Part shown: positions 8,801-19,872 of the stretch, in pieces
Layout of the letters: the number at the start of each line of letters is the position of its first letter
Position numbering within the stretch: position 1 is the stretch's first letter
Origin: Candidatus Multivoradales bacterium
GTDB lineage: Bacteria > Acidobacteriota > Thermoanaerobaculia > Multivoradales > JAHEKO01
Length of the DNA: 64,000 nucleotides
NCBI GenBank assembly: GCA_965223155.1
Contig: CBDCVR010000013.1
Coordinates: 1,024,001-1,088,000 of the forward strand
Direction: 5' to 3'
Notes under the pieces: generated by a model
What the model was told of the DNA's origin: nothing
Databases searched by the model: none
What the model saw: only the letters and a program-made list of their open reading frames with translations
Position numbers and translations under genes: made by a program

Positions 8801-11041
8801 CTATTCGCCTGAGCCCTCCGCCACCGGCCCCGGCGCCGCCTCCCGCGCCAGCTTGAGCAGAAAGGCGTACTCCAAGGCCCGATCCCGGTAGCGCTTGAAG
8901 CGGCCGGAGGCGCCGCTATGCCCCGCCTCCATGTTGGTCTTGAGCAGCAGCAGATCGTCGTTGGTCCGCAGGCTGCGGAGCTTCGCCACGAACTTGGCCG
9001 GTTCCCAGTACTGGACCTGAGAGTCGTGCAATCCGGTGGTGATGAGCATCGCCGGATAGTCCTTGGCCGCGAGCTGATCGTAGGGCGAGTAGGAGAGGAT
9101 GTACTCGTACGCCTCCTTCTCGTTGGGATCGCCCCACTCGTCGTACTCACTGGTTGTCAGCGGAATGTCCGGATCGAGCATGGTGGTCACCACGTCCACG
9201 AACGGCACCTGGCTGACGATGCCGCGAAATAGCTCGGGAGCCGCGTTGGCTACCGCGCCCATCAGCAGCCCGCCGGCGCTGCCACCCATGGCGAACAGGC
9301 GCTCAGGGCTCGTATACCCCTCCTCGGCCAGGAACTTGCCAACGTCGACGAAGTCGTTGAACGTGTTCTTCTTGCGCATGAGCTTGCCGTCTTCGTACCA
9401 CTGCCGGCCCAGGATCTGCCCGCCGCGGACGTGGGCGATGGCGAAGGCGAAGCCACGGTCCAGAAGCGAAAGGCGGCTGGGGCTGAAGCCCGGATCGATC
9501 GAGGCGCCGTAGGAGCCGTAGCCGTAGAGCAGAAGCGGCCCGGAGCCGTCCTTCGGGAAGTCCTTGGGGTAGACCACCGACACGGGCACGGAAACGCCAT
9601 CGCGGGCCTCGGCCCACAAGCGCTCGGCCCGGTAGTCCGCCGCATCGAACCCGCCCAGGACCTTGTCCTGCTTGCGCAGAGTCTTCTCGCGAGTCGTCAT
9701 GTCGTAGTCGAAAACCGAGGGCGGCGTGGTCATCGACTCGTAGGAGAACCGCAGCAAGTTGGTCTCGAAGGTCACGTTGTTGTCGAAGTAGGCGTCGTAG
9801 GCCTGCTCGCCGAAATCCAGGTAGTGCTCCTGGGAGCCGTCCCAGGGGCGAACCCGCATCTGAATCAGTCCCTGGGAGCGCTCGGAGACCACCAGGAAGT
9901 CCCGGAAGATCTCGAAGCCGCCCAGGTAGACGTCGGTCCGGTGCGGCAGCACCTCGGCCCAGTCGTCCTTGGAAGCCGAACCGATGGGCGCTTTCATCAA
10001 GCGGAAGTTGGTGGCTTCCCAATTGGTGCGGATGAAGAACTCGGAGCCGAAGTCCTCAATCGCGTACTCGTGATTCGGCTCGCGCGGCAAGAAGATCCGG
10101 AACTCGCCCTCGGGCTCGTCGGCGGGCAGGTAGCGATACTCGCTCGACAGGGTTTGCTCGGAGGCAAGCATGACGTACTTGCGGGACTTGGTCTTCCAGA
10201 CCCAGGCGTTGAACTCCTCGTCGTCCTCCTCGTAGACGAGTACGTCCTCGGCCCGGTCGGTGCCCAGAACGTGACGGTAGATTCGGGCCCAGCGCAGGGT
10301 CTCCGGGTCTTGCTGGGTGTAGAAGAGAGTGCGGTTGTCGGCCGCCCAGGCCGAGTTGCCGGTGACGTTCTGGATCGCATCCGGAAGATCCTCGCCGGTA
10401 GCCAGGTCGCGAAACTTCAGGGTGTAGAGCCGCCGCCCGACGGTGTCGATGGCGTACGCCAGAACATCGTGGTCCGGGCTAGCCTTGACGCCCACGACGC
10501 GGACGTGCTCGTGCCCTTCGGCCAGCTTGTTGACGTCCAGCAGGATCTCCTCGTCGGCCTCGAGTGAGCCCTGCTTGCGGCAGTAGATCGGGTACTCGCC
10601 ACCCTCCTCGTAGCGCGAGTAGTAGAAGAAGCCGTCCAACTCGTAGGGAACCGACGACTCGTCGGGCTCGATCCGCCCCTTCATCTCTTCGAACAACTCC
10701 TCCTGAAGCGCCTCGGTGTCGGCCATCTGGGCTTCGACGTAGGCGTTCTCGCGCTCCAGGTACTCCAGTACCTCGGGGCTCTCGCGCTCCTTGAGCCAGT
10801 AGTAGTCGTCGATGCGCTCGTGGCCGTGCTGCTCGAGGCGATGCGGCTTGCGCGCCGCCGTGGGCTCCGCGGGACCATCCGCGGCAGGAGTTTCGGCGGC
10901 CTCCGGCGCGGCCGTAGCCGCCGAGGCGTCAGACTCCGGCTTGGGCTCCGTCCCCCCGTCCCGGTTCATGGACACACAACCCGAGGCGAGGACCAGTACG
11001 AGGCCGAGCGCGCACCCGGCGGCGGAAATCTGTCTTGGCAT
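8801..11041 (-). CDS. ptrB: Oligopeptidase B (S9A), probable lipoprotein
   Basis: RIDDYYWL, GGSAGG catalytic Ser, HDSQVQYWEPAK, AGH; lipobox LASGC. Confidence 0.92.
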   Translation of the reverse strand: MPRQISAAGCALGLVLVLASGCVSMNRDGGTEPKPESDASAATAAPEAAETPAADGPAEPTAARKPHRLEQHGHERIDDYYWLKERESPEVLEYLERENAYVEAQMADTEALQEELFEEMKGRIEPDESSVPYELDGFFYYSRYEEGGEYPIYCRKQGSLEADEEILLDVNKLAEGHEHVRVVGVKASPDHDVLAYAIDTVGRRLYTLKFRDLATGEDLPDAIQNVTGNSAWAADNRTLFYTQQDPETLRWARIYRHVLGTDRAEDVLVYEEDDEEFNAWVWKTKSRKYVMLASEQTLSSEYRYLPADEPEGEFRIFLPREPNHEYAIEDFGSEFFIRTNWEATNFRLMKAPIGSASKDDWAEVLPHRTDVYLGGFEIFRDFLVVSERSQGLIQMRVRPWDGSQEHYLDFGEQAYDAYFDNNVTFETNLLRFSYESMTTPPSVFDYDMTTREKTLRKQDKVLGGFDAADYRAERLWAEARDGVSVPVSVVYPKDFPKDGSGPLLLYGYGSYGASIDPGFSPSRLSLLDRGFAFAIAHVRGGQILGRQWYEDGKLMRKKNTFNDFVDVGKFLAEEGYTSPERLFAMGGSAGGLLMGAVANAAPELFRGIVSQVPFVDVVTTMLDPDIPLTTSEYDEWGDPNEKEAYEYILSYSPYDQLAAKDYPAMLITTGLHDSQVQYWEPAKFVAKLRSLRTNDDLLLLKTNMEAGHSGASGRFKRYRDRALEYAFLLKLAREAAPGPVAEGSGE

Positions 11042-11311
11042 GAACAACTCCTTCTCACGAAGATCACGAGGATTCCAGGATCGGAGACCCGGAAGGACTC
11101 CAGAGGAACCGAGCGGGCGAGGACTCCGGACCGGAATCGCTGCCCGCAGCTCATGATCCTACTGGCAATGCCCCGTCTCCACTAGCCTCACGAGCGCCCT
11201 GGGGCGCCGACCTTCTGAGAAGTCCTCTGAAGGAACGTGAGGGCCTGACCACGAACAGCCTCCGCCTCGGGGCCGCCAGCCCGCGGCCGAGCGAGGTGCT
11301 AGCCTTCCGCA

Positions 11312-12133
11312 ATGGAGCACGGGCGGTTGATGGAGCGGATCTTCGGGGCGCCGCGGGCCCTCATCGGCGTCGCGCATCTGGCGCCTCTACCGGGGACTCC
11401 TCGAGCCGGGCTGAGCGTGGACGAGATCGCCGAACGAGCGGTCCGGGACGCCGAGGTCTACGCCGGATCCGGCTTCGACGCGGTGCTGCTCGAGAACATG
11501 GGCGACCGGCCCTATCTCAAGCGCGGAGTGGGACCCGAGATCGTGGCCGCCGCCACCGCGGCCGGGCGGGCAATCCGTGAGGCCGTCGACCTTCCTCTCG
11601 GAGTCCAGCTCCTGGCCGGCGCCAACCGCGAGGCTTTGGCGGTGGCCCTGGCCGTGGGCGCGGCCTTTGTCCGCGTCGAAGGGTTCGTCTTCGGTCACGT
11701 CGCCGACGAGGGCTGGATGGACGCCGACGCCGGCGCCCTGCTGCGCTACCGCGAAACGATCGGCGCCGGCCACCTGGCGGTGATCGCCGACATCAAGAAG
11801 AAGCACTCGTCGCATGCCGCCACCGCCGACGTCGACCTTGCCGAAACCGCCCGTGCCGCAGAGTTCTTTCTGGCCGACGGCGTGGTCGTGACCGGCCGGG
11901 CGACCGCCGAGCCCACGGCGCCCGCCGAGGTCGACGCGGTCGCGGCGGCCGTGGGCATCCCGGTCCTCGTGGGCTCGGGCGTGACTCCCGACCGGATCGC
12001 CGGCCTGTCTCGCGCTAGCGGCCTCATCGTGGGCTCCTACGCCAAGACCGGCGGCGTCTGGAGCGACCCGGTCGATCCAGAACGGGCCGGGGAGCTAGTG
12101 GCGGCTTTCGCGCGAGCCCATGCGACCGCGTGA
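11312..12133 (+). CDS. BtpA/SgcQ family TIM-barrel protein
   Basis: IGVAHLAPLPG, LLENMGDRPY, ADIKKKH, VLVGSGVT. Confidence 0.88.
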   Translation: MEHGRLMERIFGAPRALIGVAHLAPLPGTPRAGLSVDEIAERAVRDAEVYAGSGFDAVLLENMGDRPYLKRGVGPEIVAAATAAGRAIREAVDLPLGVQLLAGANREALAVALAVGAAFVRVEGFVFGHVADEGWMDADAGALLRYRETIGAGHLAVIADIKKKHSSHAATADVDLAETARAAEFFLADGVVVTGRATAEPTAPAEVDAVAAAVGIPVLVGSGVTPDRIAGLSRASGLIVGSYAKTGGVWSDPVDPERAGELVAAFARAHATA

Positions 12134-13114
12134 TGACGTTCCCACCCACACCGACCCAGCGCCCAGACCTCGCCCAGCGGTGACGGCTTCCGCGGCCGGA
12201 TCGAGACCGAAACTCGTCGTCTTCGGCAACCTCGTCTTGGACGACGTGGTCTCGGACGACGGCTCGACTCGCTTCGGCCAGGCCGGCGGCGCGGTGGCGT
12301 ATTGCGCTCTGGGAGCGGCCTTGTGGAGACGGCCGACGGGCATCGTCAGCATTGCCGGCGGCGACTACCCGGAGTCGGTGCTGAAGGCACTGGCCGGGCG
12401 CGGCATCGACCTGGACGGCGTTCGTCGCAGTACCGGTCCGGGACTGCGAAGCTGGCTCCTGTATGAGGGCGAGCTGCGGCGGGTGGTGCACCGGCTGGCC
12501 GCGCCCTCCCACCATCGGATGTCTCCAACGCCTCGGGACCTGCCGGCGGCCTGGCAACCGCGGGCCATTCATGTCGCACCGATGCCGCTCGACCGGCAGG
12601 CCGAGATCCTCGATGAGTTGGCGGCCCGGCCGGATCGACCGCTGATCTCGGTGGATCCCTTCGAGCTCGTCACCACCGCCAACGAGGCCCGGTGCCGGGA
12701 GGCCTTGGGGACCGCCGACGTCCTGTTCGTGAGCCGGGACGAGCTCCGATTCGGGACCGGCCCGGACGGCGGCGATGACGAAACCGGGGCCGTCCATGCC
12801 TTGAACCGACTTGCCCGGTGGGGACCGCGCTACGTCCTGGTCAAGGAAGGCAGCCGCGGTGGCACGGCTCGCGACAGCCAGGGCGGGATCGACCGGGAGT
12901 GGCCGGGTCGCGCTCGGCGGGTTGTGGATCCGACCGGCGCCGGCGATGCCTTCGCCGGTGGCCTGCTGGCGGGCCTGGCCTTCGGCGAAGATCTCGAGGC
13001 CGCTCTCGAGCGGGCCGTGGTCTCGGCCAGCTTCGCCCTGGAGAGCAGCGACCTCGTCGAGCTGGCCGCGGTCTCGTCCGACCGCGCCGAGCAGCGGCGA
13101 GCGGAGTGGTTCTC

Positions 13115-13118
<4 letters not shown>
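12120..13118 (+). CDS. PfkB-family carbohydrate kinase (candidate pseudouridine kinase)
   Basis: PfkB signature VVDPTGAGDAFAGG; adjacent to psuG. Confidence 0.85.
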
Positions 13119-14038
<920 letters not shown>

Positions 14039-14215
14039 GCCAACCGGACCGAGGCTGAGCTCGCGCGGCCCGGCGACGGCACCGGCCAGGAAGAATCTTC
14101 CGGCCACGCAGTCCGGCGTGTGAACTTTGCCATAGGCCCCACTTGAACGGCGGAGCATTCTTGCTCCATCGGTTCCCGGGGCGCGGCCTTGCCAAACCCC
14201 GACGCACAAGACACG

Positions 14216-14914
14216 ATGACAGAACCCAAGGCCAAGAAGATCCTGATCGTCATGTCCGAGGTCGAGGCCTACCGGCTCGTGGGCCGCTTCGTCGAACGCA
14301 CCGGCATGACCATGCATCGCTGCGACACCGGGCGCCGGGCTCTCGAGCGCGCCACGGAGAGCGACTACGATCTCATCGTCGCCCGGCTGCCCCTGGCCGA
14401 CCTGAGCCTGCCGACCTTTACTTCGACCCTGCGCCGAGGCGGCAGCAAGAACGCCGAGACCGCCCTGCTCTTGCTGGCCGAGGCCAGCCAGCATCGCGCG
14501 GCCCTGGCCATGCGCTCCCCGAGGACCGAGGTCGTGGATCTGAGCCAACCCGAGCCGCAGCTCGACCGGGCGCTGACCAGCGTCCTCGGAGTCGCGCTCC
14601 GCGCCTCGGCCCGCCTGGACGTCGAGCTCGACCTGGAGGCCGAGCGCCGGCACTTTCGGACCCGGAACATCTCGCGAAGCGGCATGTTGGTCGAGGCCGA
14701 GGCTCCCCCGCCGGTGGGCCTCGAGATCGCCTTCAACTTCACTTTGCCGGCCCGGTTCACCCCAATCCATGGCCTGGGCCAGGTCGTGCGGCATACCGAC
14801 CCGACCAAGGAACTGGTCCCCGGCTTCGGCATCCGGTTCACCGCATTCCCGGAAGGCGCCGCCGACGCCATCGAGTCGTTCGTCGAACACCGGCTTCAGG
14901 CCGTAGCTTCCTAG
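14216..14914 (+). CDS. Receiver-like plus PilZ domain protein
   Basis: N-terminal KKILIV receiver-like fold; PilZ motifs RASAR and NISRSG. Confidence 0.75.
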   Translation: MTEPKAKKILIVMSEVEAYRLVGRFVERTGMTMHRCDTGRRALERATESDYDLIVARLPLADLSLPTFTSTLRRGGSKNAETALLLLAEASQHRAALAMRSPRTEVVDLSQPEPQLDRALTSVLGVALRASARLDVELDLEAERRHFRTRNISRSGMLVEAEAPPPVGLEIAFNFTLPARFTPIHGLGQVVRHTDPTKELVPGFGIRFTAFPEGAADAIESFVEHRLQAVAS

Positions 14915-14954
14915 GCGCCTGTCGGCGGCCCCACGGATAGAATCCTTTCGAGCG

Positions 14955-15572
14955 ATGTGTCCTCCCACCTCCTCGGCTCTCACCGTTTCGCTGGCTGCCG
15001 CGCTGCTCGTGCTCGCCCTGGCCTGCAATCCCTCGGCAGAGACCGGCACAGCCGAGGGCGGGAAGCCCGCGGACGCCGCTCCAACCGGCGGCCAGGCACC
15101 CGGCGAGCCCACCGAGCCCTCCTATCGCCTGGCCGAGCTCCTACCCTACGGTGGCGAGCCCTTTCCGGAAGTCTTTACCGCCGGGCAGCCGTCTACCAAC
15201 GATCTCCGCGGGCTCGTGGACCACGGCGTGACCGCTGTCGTCAATCTCCGCTATCCGACCGAACGCGGTGTGCGCTCCGAGATCGAGCTGATCGGGGAGC
15301 TGGGCCTCGACTACATCGCCATTCCGGTCCGCGGCTCCGAAGGGCTGACCCGCGAGAACGCTCTCGCATTGGACACCGCTCTGGCCGAGGCGGAAGGTCC
15401 CGTTCTGGTTCACTGCGGCAGCAGCAATCGGGTCGGCGGCCTGTTCGCCCTGCGCGCCTTCTACCTCAAGGGCGCGAGCATCGAGGAAGCCCTGAGCGTG
15501 GGTCGCTCGGCGGGTCTTACCCGCCTCGAGCCCGCGGTCCGCGAGATCCTCGAAAGCGCCTCGGTCGGCTAG
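14955..15572 (+). CDS. DUF442/PTP-like (sulfur transferase/phosphatase) lipoprotein
   Basis: Lipobox LALAC, AGQP, VNLR, HCGSSNR (CX5R) motif. Confidence 0.78.
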   Translation: MCPPTSSALTVSLAAALLVLALACNPSAETGTAEGGKPADAAPTGGQAPGEPTEPSYRLAELLPYGGEPFPEVFTAGQPSTNDLRGLVDHGVTAVVNLRYPTERGVRSEIELIGELGLDYIAIPVRGSEGLTRENALALDTALAEAEGPVLVHCGSSNRVGGLFALRAFYLKGASIEEALSVGRSAGLTRLEPAVREILESASVG

Positions 15573-16990
15573 GCGTCCGCCCCGTCGATCAGGTGAGCGA
15601 TCGAGTTGGCGTAGAAGGCCAGAAGATCCCGCTCCTCGGGCACAACCCGGAGGCCGGCGTCTTCGTCGTCCACCACCGCCCGGCGCAGCAATAGCATTCT
15701 CAGGCCGACATCGATGGCGTAGTCGCCGTCGTCCCGCGGCAGGTAGATCTGTCCGCCCGCCCCCTGGATCTCCTCCATCAACGAGTGCACCGCGGCCTTG
15801 AGCTCGAGTCGCGAGACCGGGCCTTCGGCACGGCTCAAACACGTCGCCACCAGAGACACGGGCAGGACCGGAATCACCGCCGCCACCTCGTCCATGAGGC
15901 TACCGGCCAGCTCGGCCACGCGGGCAAATCTCTGGGAGCGGTCGAGGGAAGCGACCTCCACGCCGGCCTCCTCAAGATACTCGCGCAAGCTCACCGGCCG
16001 CCCGAAGCTGACGCAGGCGTAGCCGAACCGGTACCACTTGCCCTGGAGCCACAGCGCCAGGTTCTTGGTCCAGAACGCTAGCGTGGTCCAGGCGGCGGCC
16101 AGGCCCCGCTTGCGCTGTCTGCCGTCGGTCGTATCCAGGAGCAGTGTGCGGTCCTCCAGCACCCGGTCGTAATTGAGGCCGGCGGGCACGAAGACCACGT
16201 CGCGCGGGCCCGCGGGATCAAAGGACCGGACCATGTAGTCCAAGAGCCCCAGCTTGGCCTCGCCCAGGCGGCCGTCCCGGGACAGCCGACCCTCGGGATA
16301 CATGGCCTGGGTGACGCCCTCGCGGGTCGCCATCGCCACATAACGGGCCAGCACGCGGCGATAAAGCGGGTTGCGCGACCGCCGCCGCACGAAGTAGGCG
16401 CCCATGGAACGCACCAGACCCTCCAGGGGAAAACGTCGAGCCCACTCGCCGACGGCGTACGACAGCGCCGTGCGCTCCGCCACCAGGTACGAGACCAGGA
16501 TGTAGTCCATGTTGCTGCGGTGGTTCATCACGAAGACGATCGTGGAGCCTGCCGGAACCGACTCCAGGGCGGCGCTGTCGACCGAGCCCAGTCGCACCCG
16601 GTACAGCGCGCGCGCCAACCGGCGGGACAGCCAGTAACCGAATCGAAAGTAGACCAGGGCATTGAATGACGGCACGATCTCGCGCGCGTAGCGCTCCACC
16701 CGGTCCATGACCACGGCTCGAGGAAACTGCTCCTCGGCGGCCAGCCGTTCGGCGGCCTCGGTCACCTGGGGATCGAACAGCAAGCGATCGATCAGCACCC
16801 GCCGCTTGGTCAGCTTGAAGGGCTGGATGTTGATCTGGAGGCGCTGGTTGACCTCCTCCAGAACGCGGTTGACCCGCCGGCGCAGAAACCAGCGCACGCT
16901 GGGCATGAACAGCCGTTCCAAGAGGAGCCAGCTTGCGGCAGCCACCAGGACCACCACCAGCCAGCGCGGCAGCATCACGGGATCCGTCAC
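15569..16990 (-). CDS. Glycerol-3-phosphate acyltransferase-like (PlsB/PlsC family)
   Basis: NHRSNMD (HX4D), GAYFVRR, YPEGRLSRDG. Confidence 0.85.
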   Translation of the reverse strand: MTDPVMLPRWLVVVLVAAASWLLLERLFMPSVRWFLRRRVNRVLEEVNQRLQINIQPFKLTKRRVLIDRLLFDPQVTEAAERLAAEEQFPRAVVMDRVERYAREIVPSFNALVYFRFGYWLSRRLARALYRVRLGSVDSAALESVPAGSTIVFVMNHRSNMDYILVSYLVAERTALSYAVGEWARRFPLEGLVRSMGAYFVRRRSRNPLYRRVLARYVAMATREGVTQAMYPEGRLSRDGRLGEAKLGLLDYMVRSFDPAGPRDVVFVPAGLNYDRVLEDRTLLLDTTDGRQRKRGLAAAWTTLAFWTKNLALWLQGKWYRFGYACVSFGRPVSLREYLEEAGVEVASLDRSQRFARVAELAGSLMDEVAAVIPVLPVSLVATCLSRAEGPVSRLELKAAVHSLMEEIQGAGGQIYLPRDDGDYAIDVGLRMLLLRRAVVDDEDAGLRVVPEERDLLAFYANSIAHLIDGADA

Positions 16991-17110
16991 GGTGGCCCGA
17001 TCTTAGTCTGCCGCGCACCGGACGGGCAGCGTCGGGATCGTGCTCTGTGGCGCTGAGCCGTCCCGCGCGTCAGAGAGAGGCTAGAATCGGCGCTTCGAGG
17101 AGGCGCCACC

Positions 17111-17926
17111 ATGTCCGACGAACACCGCATCGAGCCGGGATCGACCGTCACCCTCGACACGATCCCGACCACCGCGGAGACCTACCACTCCGACCGGGAG
17201 GAGGCCGAAGCCGAGTTCAAGGCGCTGCGCCGCGAGCTGGCCGAGCTCCAGCACCGACTCTACTCGGAGGGCCGGCAGAAGCTTCTGGTCGTCCTTCAGG
17301 CAATGGACGCCGGGGGCAAAGACAGCACCATCCGGCGGGTCTTTTCTCGAGTCAACCCGCAGGGTGTCCGGGTCGCTTCGTTCAAGGCTCCGACCAAGGA
17401 CGAGCTGGCTCACGACTTCCTCTGGCGGGTTCACAAGCAGGTGCCCGGCAAGGGCATGATCCGAGTCTTCAACCGGTCGCACTACGAGGACGTGCTGATC
17501 GTGCGGGTCGACCGGCTGGTCCCGGACGAGGTCTGGCAGGCCCGCTACGCCACCATCAACGAGTTCGAGCATCTGCTGGCCGGGACCGGCAGCCGGATCC
17601 TCAAGTTCTATCTCCACATCTCGAGAGAGGAGCAGCGGCGGCGCTTCCAGAGTCGTCTCGACGACCCTAGAAAGAACTGGAAATTCTCGCTCGAGGATCT
17701 CGAGAAGCGCAAGCAGTGGGATGAGTACATGGCCGCCTACGAAGCCGCTCTGGAACACTGTTCGACCGCGTACGCGCCCTGGTTCGCGATCCCCTCGGAT
17801 CAGAAGTGGTACCGCAACCTGGCGATCGCCCGGATTCTGGTGGCCACGCTGCGGGACATGGACCCCCGCTATCCCGAGATCGAGCCCGAGGTCGCGGCCC
17901 GGCTCGACGACGTCACGATCACCTGA
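17111..17926 (+). CDS. ppk2: Polyphosphate kinase 2 family (class III-like)
   Basis: LQAMDAGGKD, FNRSHYEDVL, KNWKF; SD GGAGG. Confidence 0.92.
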   Translation: MSDEHRIEPGSTVTLDTIPTTAETYHSDREEAEAEFKALRRELAELQHRLYSEGRQKLLVVLQAMDAGGKDSTIRRVFSRVNPQGVRVASFKAPTKDELAHDFLWRVHKQVPGKGMIRVFNRSHYEDVLIVRVDRLVPDEVWQARYATINEFEHLLAGTGSRILKFYLHISREEQRRRFQSRLDDPRKNWKFSLEDLEKRKQWDEYMAAYEAALEHCSTAYAPWFAIPSDQKWYRNLAIARILVATLRDMDPRYPEIEPEVAARLDDVTIT

Positions 17927-17967
17927 AACTGCCACCCGGCGCCGCTGCCGACTGGTAGAGTCTTGGT

Positions 17968-19131
17968 ATGCGCCGCTGGTCGATCCGGCTCGCGATTCTC
18001 CTGGCCCTCGTGATCGCCGCCTGGCTGCTCAAGGAGACGGTCTTCGCGCCGAAACCGCTCGAGGTGCGGCTGGCCACCGTGAGCCCCGGCCTGGTCGAAG
18101 ACACCATCACCAACTCTCGCGCCGGTACCGTGCGCGCACGCCGCCGGGCCAAGCTCTCTCCCGAGGTCGGCGGCCAGATCCTGGAGATCCCGCACCGGGA
18201 GGGCGACCGCGTCGAGGCCGGTGCGGTCTTGCTCCAGCTCGATGACGGCAGCCAGCGGGCTAGCGCCGAGCTCCGGCGCCGCGAGCTGGAAGCAGCCCGG
18301 GCGGAGGAGAACCGGGCCTGCATCGCGGCCGAGCGGGCCCAGCGCGAGACCGGCCGGCTGCGCCGCCTGGCCGAAGACTCCATCGTCTCGGTGGATCTCC
18401 TGGACCAAGCCGAGAGCGCCCAGGCCGAAGCCACTGCCGCCTGCCGCGCCGGCCGCGCGCAGACCGCCCGCGCTCGCGCCGCCGAGGCTCTGGCCCGCAC
18501 CGAGCTCGCCAAGACCGTTCTCCATGCCCCCTTTACCGGCGTCCTCGCCGAGATCGCGGTCGAGGTCGGAGAATGGACAACACCCTCGCCGCCGGGCATG
18601 CCGATCCCCGCGGTCATCGACATGCTGGATCCCGAGTCGGTCTACATCAGCGCTCCGATGGATGAAGTCGATTCCGCCCGCGTCCACCTCGGACAGACGG
18701 TGCGAGTCACGGTGGACTCGCACCGCGGCCGCACGTACGACGGTCAGATCTCCCGCGTCGCCCCCTATGTGCTCGACGTTCAGGAACAGAATCGGACCGT
18801 CGAGGTCGAAGCCGAGCTCGACGATCCCGGTCTGGCCTCCAGCCTGCTGCCCGGGACCTCGGCCGACCTCGAAGTGGTTCTGGAGGTCCGCGACCAGGTC
18901 CTGCGGATCCCCACGGAGGCCCTCCTCGAGGGTGGCCGGGTGTTCGTCCTGGACGGCGAGGTACTCGACGAGCGCGAGCTCGAGCTGGGCCTGCGAAACT
19001 GGAACTTCACCGAGGTCGTGACCGGCCTGGAAGCGGGCGAGCGCGTCGTCATCTCACTCGAGCAGGCCGGACTTGAAGACGGCCGCGAAGCGGTCGAGGC
19101 GCCCGCCGAACCAGCCGCTGGAAACGGCTGA
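17968..19131 (+). CDS. Efflux periplasmic adaptor subunit (MacA-like)
   Basis: N-terminal TM, lipoyl-like segments, APFTG, coiled hairpin. Confidence 0.88.
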   Translation: MRRWSIRLAILLALVIAAWLLKETVFAPKPLEVRLATVSPGLVEDTITNSRAGTVRARRRAKLSPEVGGQILEIPHREGDRVEAGAVLLQLDDGSQRASAELRRRELEAARAEENRACIAAERAQRETGRLRRLAEDSIVSVDLLDQAESAQAEATAACRAGRAQTARARAAEALARTELAKTVLHAPFTGVLAEIAVEVGEWTTPSPPGMPIPAVIDMLDPESVYISAPMDEVDSARVHLGQTVRVTVDSHRGRTYDGQISRVAPYVLDVQEQNRTVEVEAELDDPGLASSLLPGTSADLEVVLEVRDQVLRIPTEALLEGGRVFVLDGEVLDERELELGLRNWNFTEVVTGLEAGERVVISLEQAGLEDGREAVEAPAEPAAGNG

Positions 19132-19134
19132 GTC

Positions 19135-19872
19135 GTGTCCAAGGGCGCGCCGGTACCCGCAATCCGCCTGCGCGGAATCGGCAGGACCTTCGAGGTCGGA
19201 GGCAAGCCCGTACGGGCCCTCGCGGACGTCGACGAGGACATCGGCGCGGGCGAGCACGTGGCCATCATGGGGCCCTCAGGCTCGGGCAAGTCCACTCTGC
19301 TCAACATCTTGGGATGCCTGGACCGGCCCACCGCCGGCACCTACGAGCTTGCCGGGCGATCGGTGGGCGAGCTCAGCTCGGCCCAGCTCACCCACCTGCG
19401 GCGCCACGAAATCGGATTCGTCTTTCAGTTCTTTCACCTGGTGCCCAGGCTAACCGCGCGCGAGAACGTGGAGCTGCCTCTGCTTTTCGCCGGCGTCGGC
19501 CGCGCCGAGCGTGCCCGGCGTACGGACCGAGCGGTCGCGGCGGTCGGCTTAGCCGACCGAGCCGGCCACAAGCCCGATCAGCTCTCGGGGGGCGAGCGGC
19601 AGCGGATCGCGCTCGCCCGCGCTACGATCATGAACCCGGCGCTTCTGCTTGCGGACGAGCCCACCGGCAACCTCGACTCCAAGTCGGGCGCCGGCGTCCT
19701 GGATCTGCTGGACCGGATGAACGACGAGGGCCGCACCCTGCTGGTCGTCACCCATGACGCCAAGGTCGCTCAGCGCGCCGACCGGATCATCGTCCTCGTC
19801 GACGGCCGCATTGCGCGACGAGTGCCCGGCGACCGCATCTCGGAAGTTCTGGAGCTCCTGGCGGGCCCGTGA
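19135..19872 (+). CDS. ABC transporter ATP-binding protein (MacB/LolD-like)
   Basis: GPSGSGKST, LSGGERQR, LLADEPTGNLD. Confidence 0.93.
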   Translation: MSKGAPVPAIRLRGIGRTFEVGGKPVRALADVDEDIGAGEHVAIMGPSGSGKSTLLNILGCLDRPTAGTYELAGRSVGELSSAQLTHLRRHEIGFVFQFFHLVPRLTARENVELPLLFAGVGRAERARRTDRAVAAVGLADRAGHKPDQLSGGERQRIALARATIMNPALLLADEPTGNLDSKSGAGVLDLLDRMNDEGRTLLVVTHDAKVAQRADRIIVLVDGRIARRVPGDRISEVLELLAGP

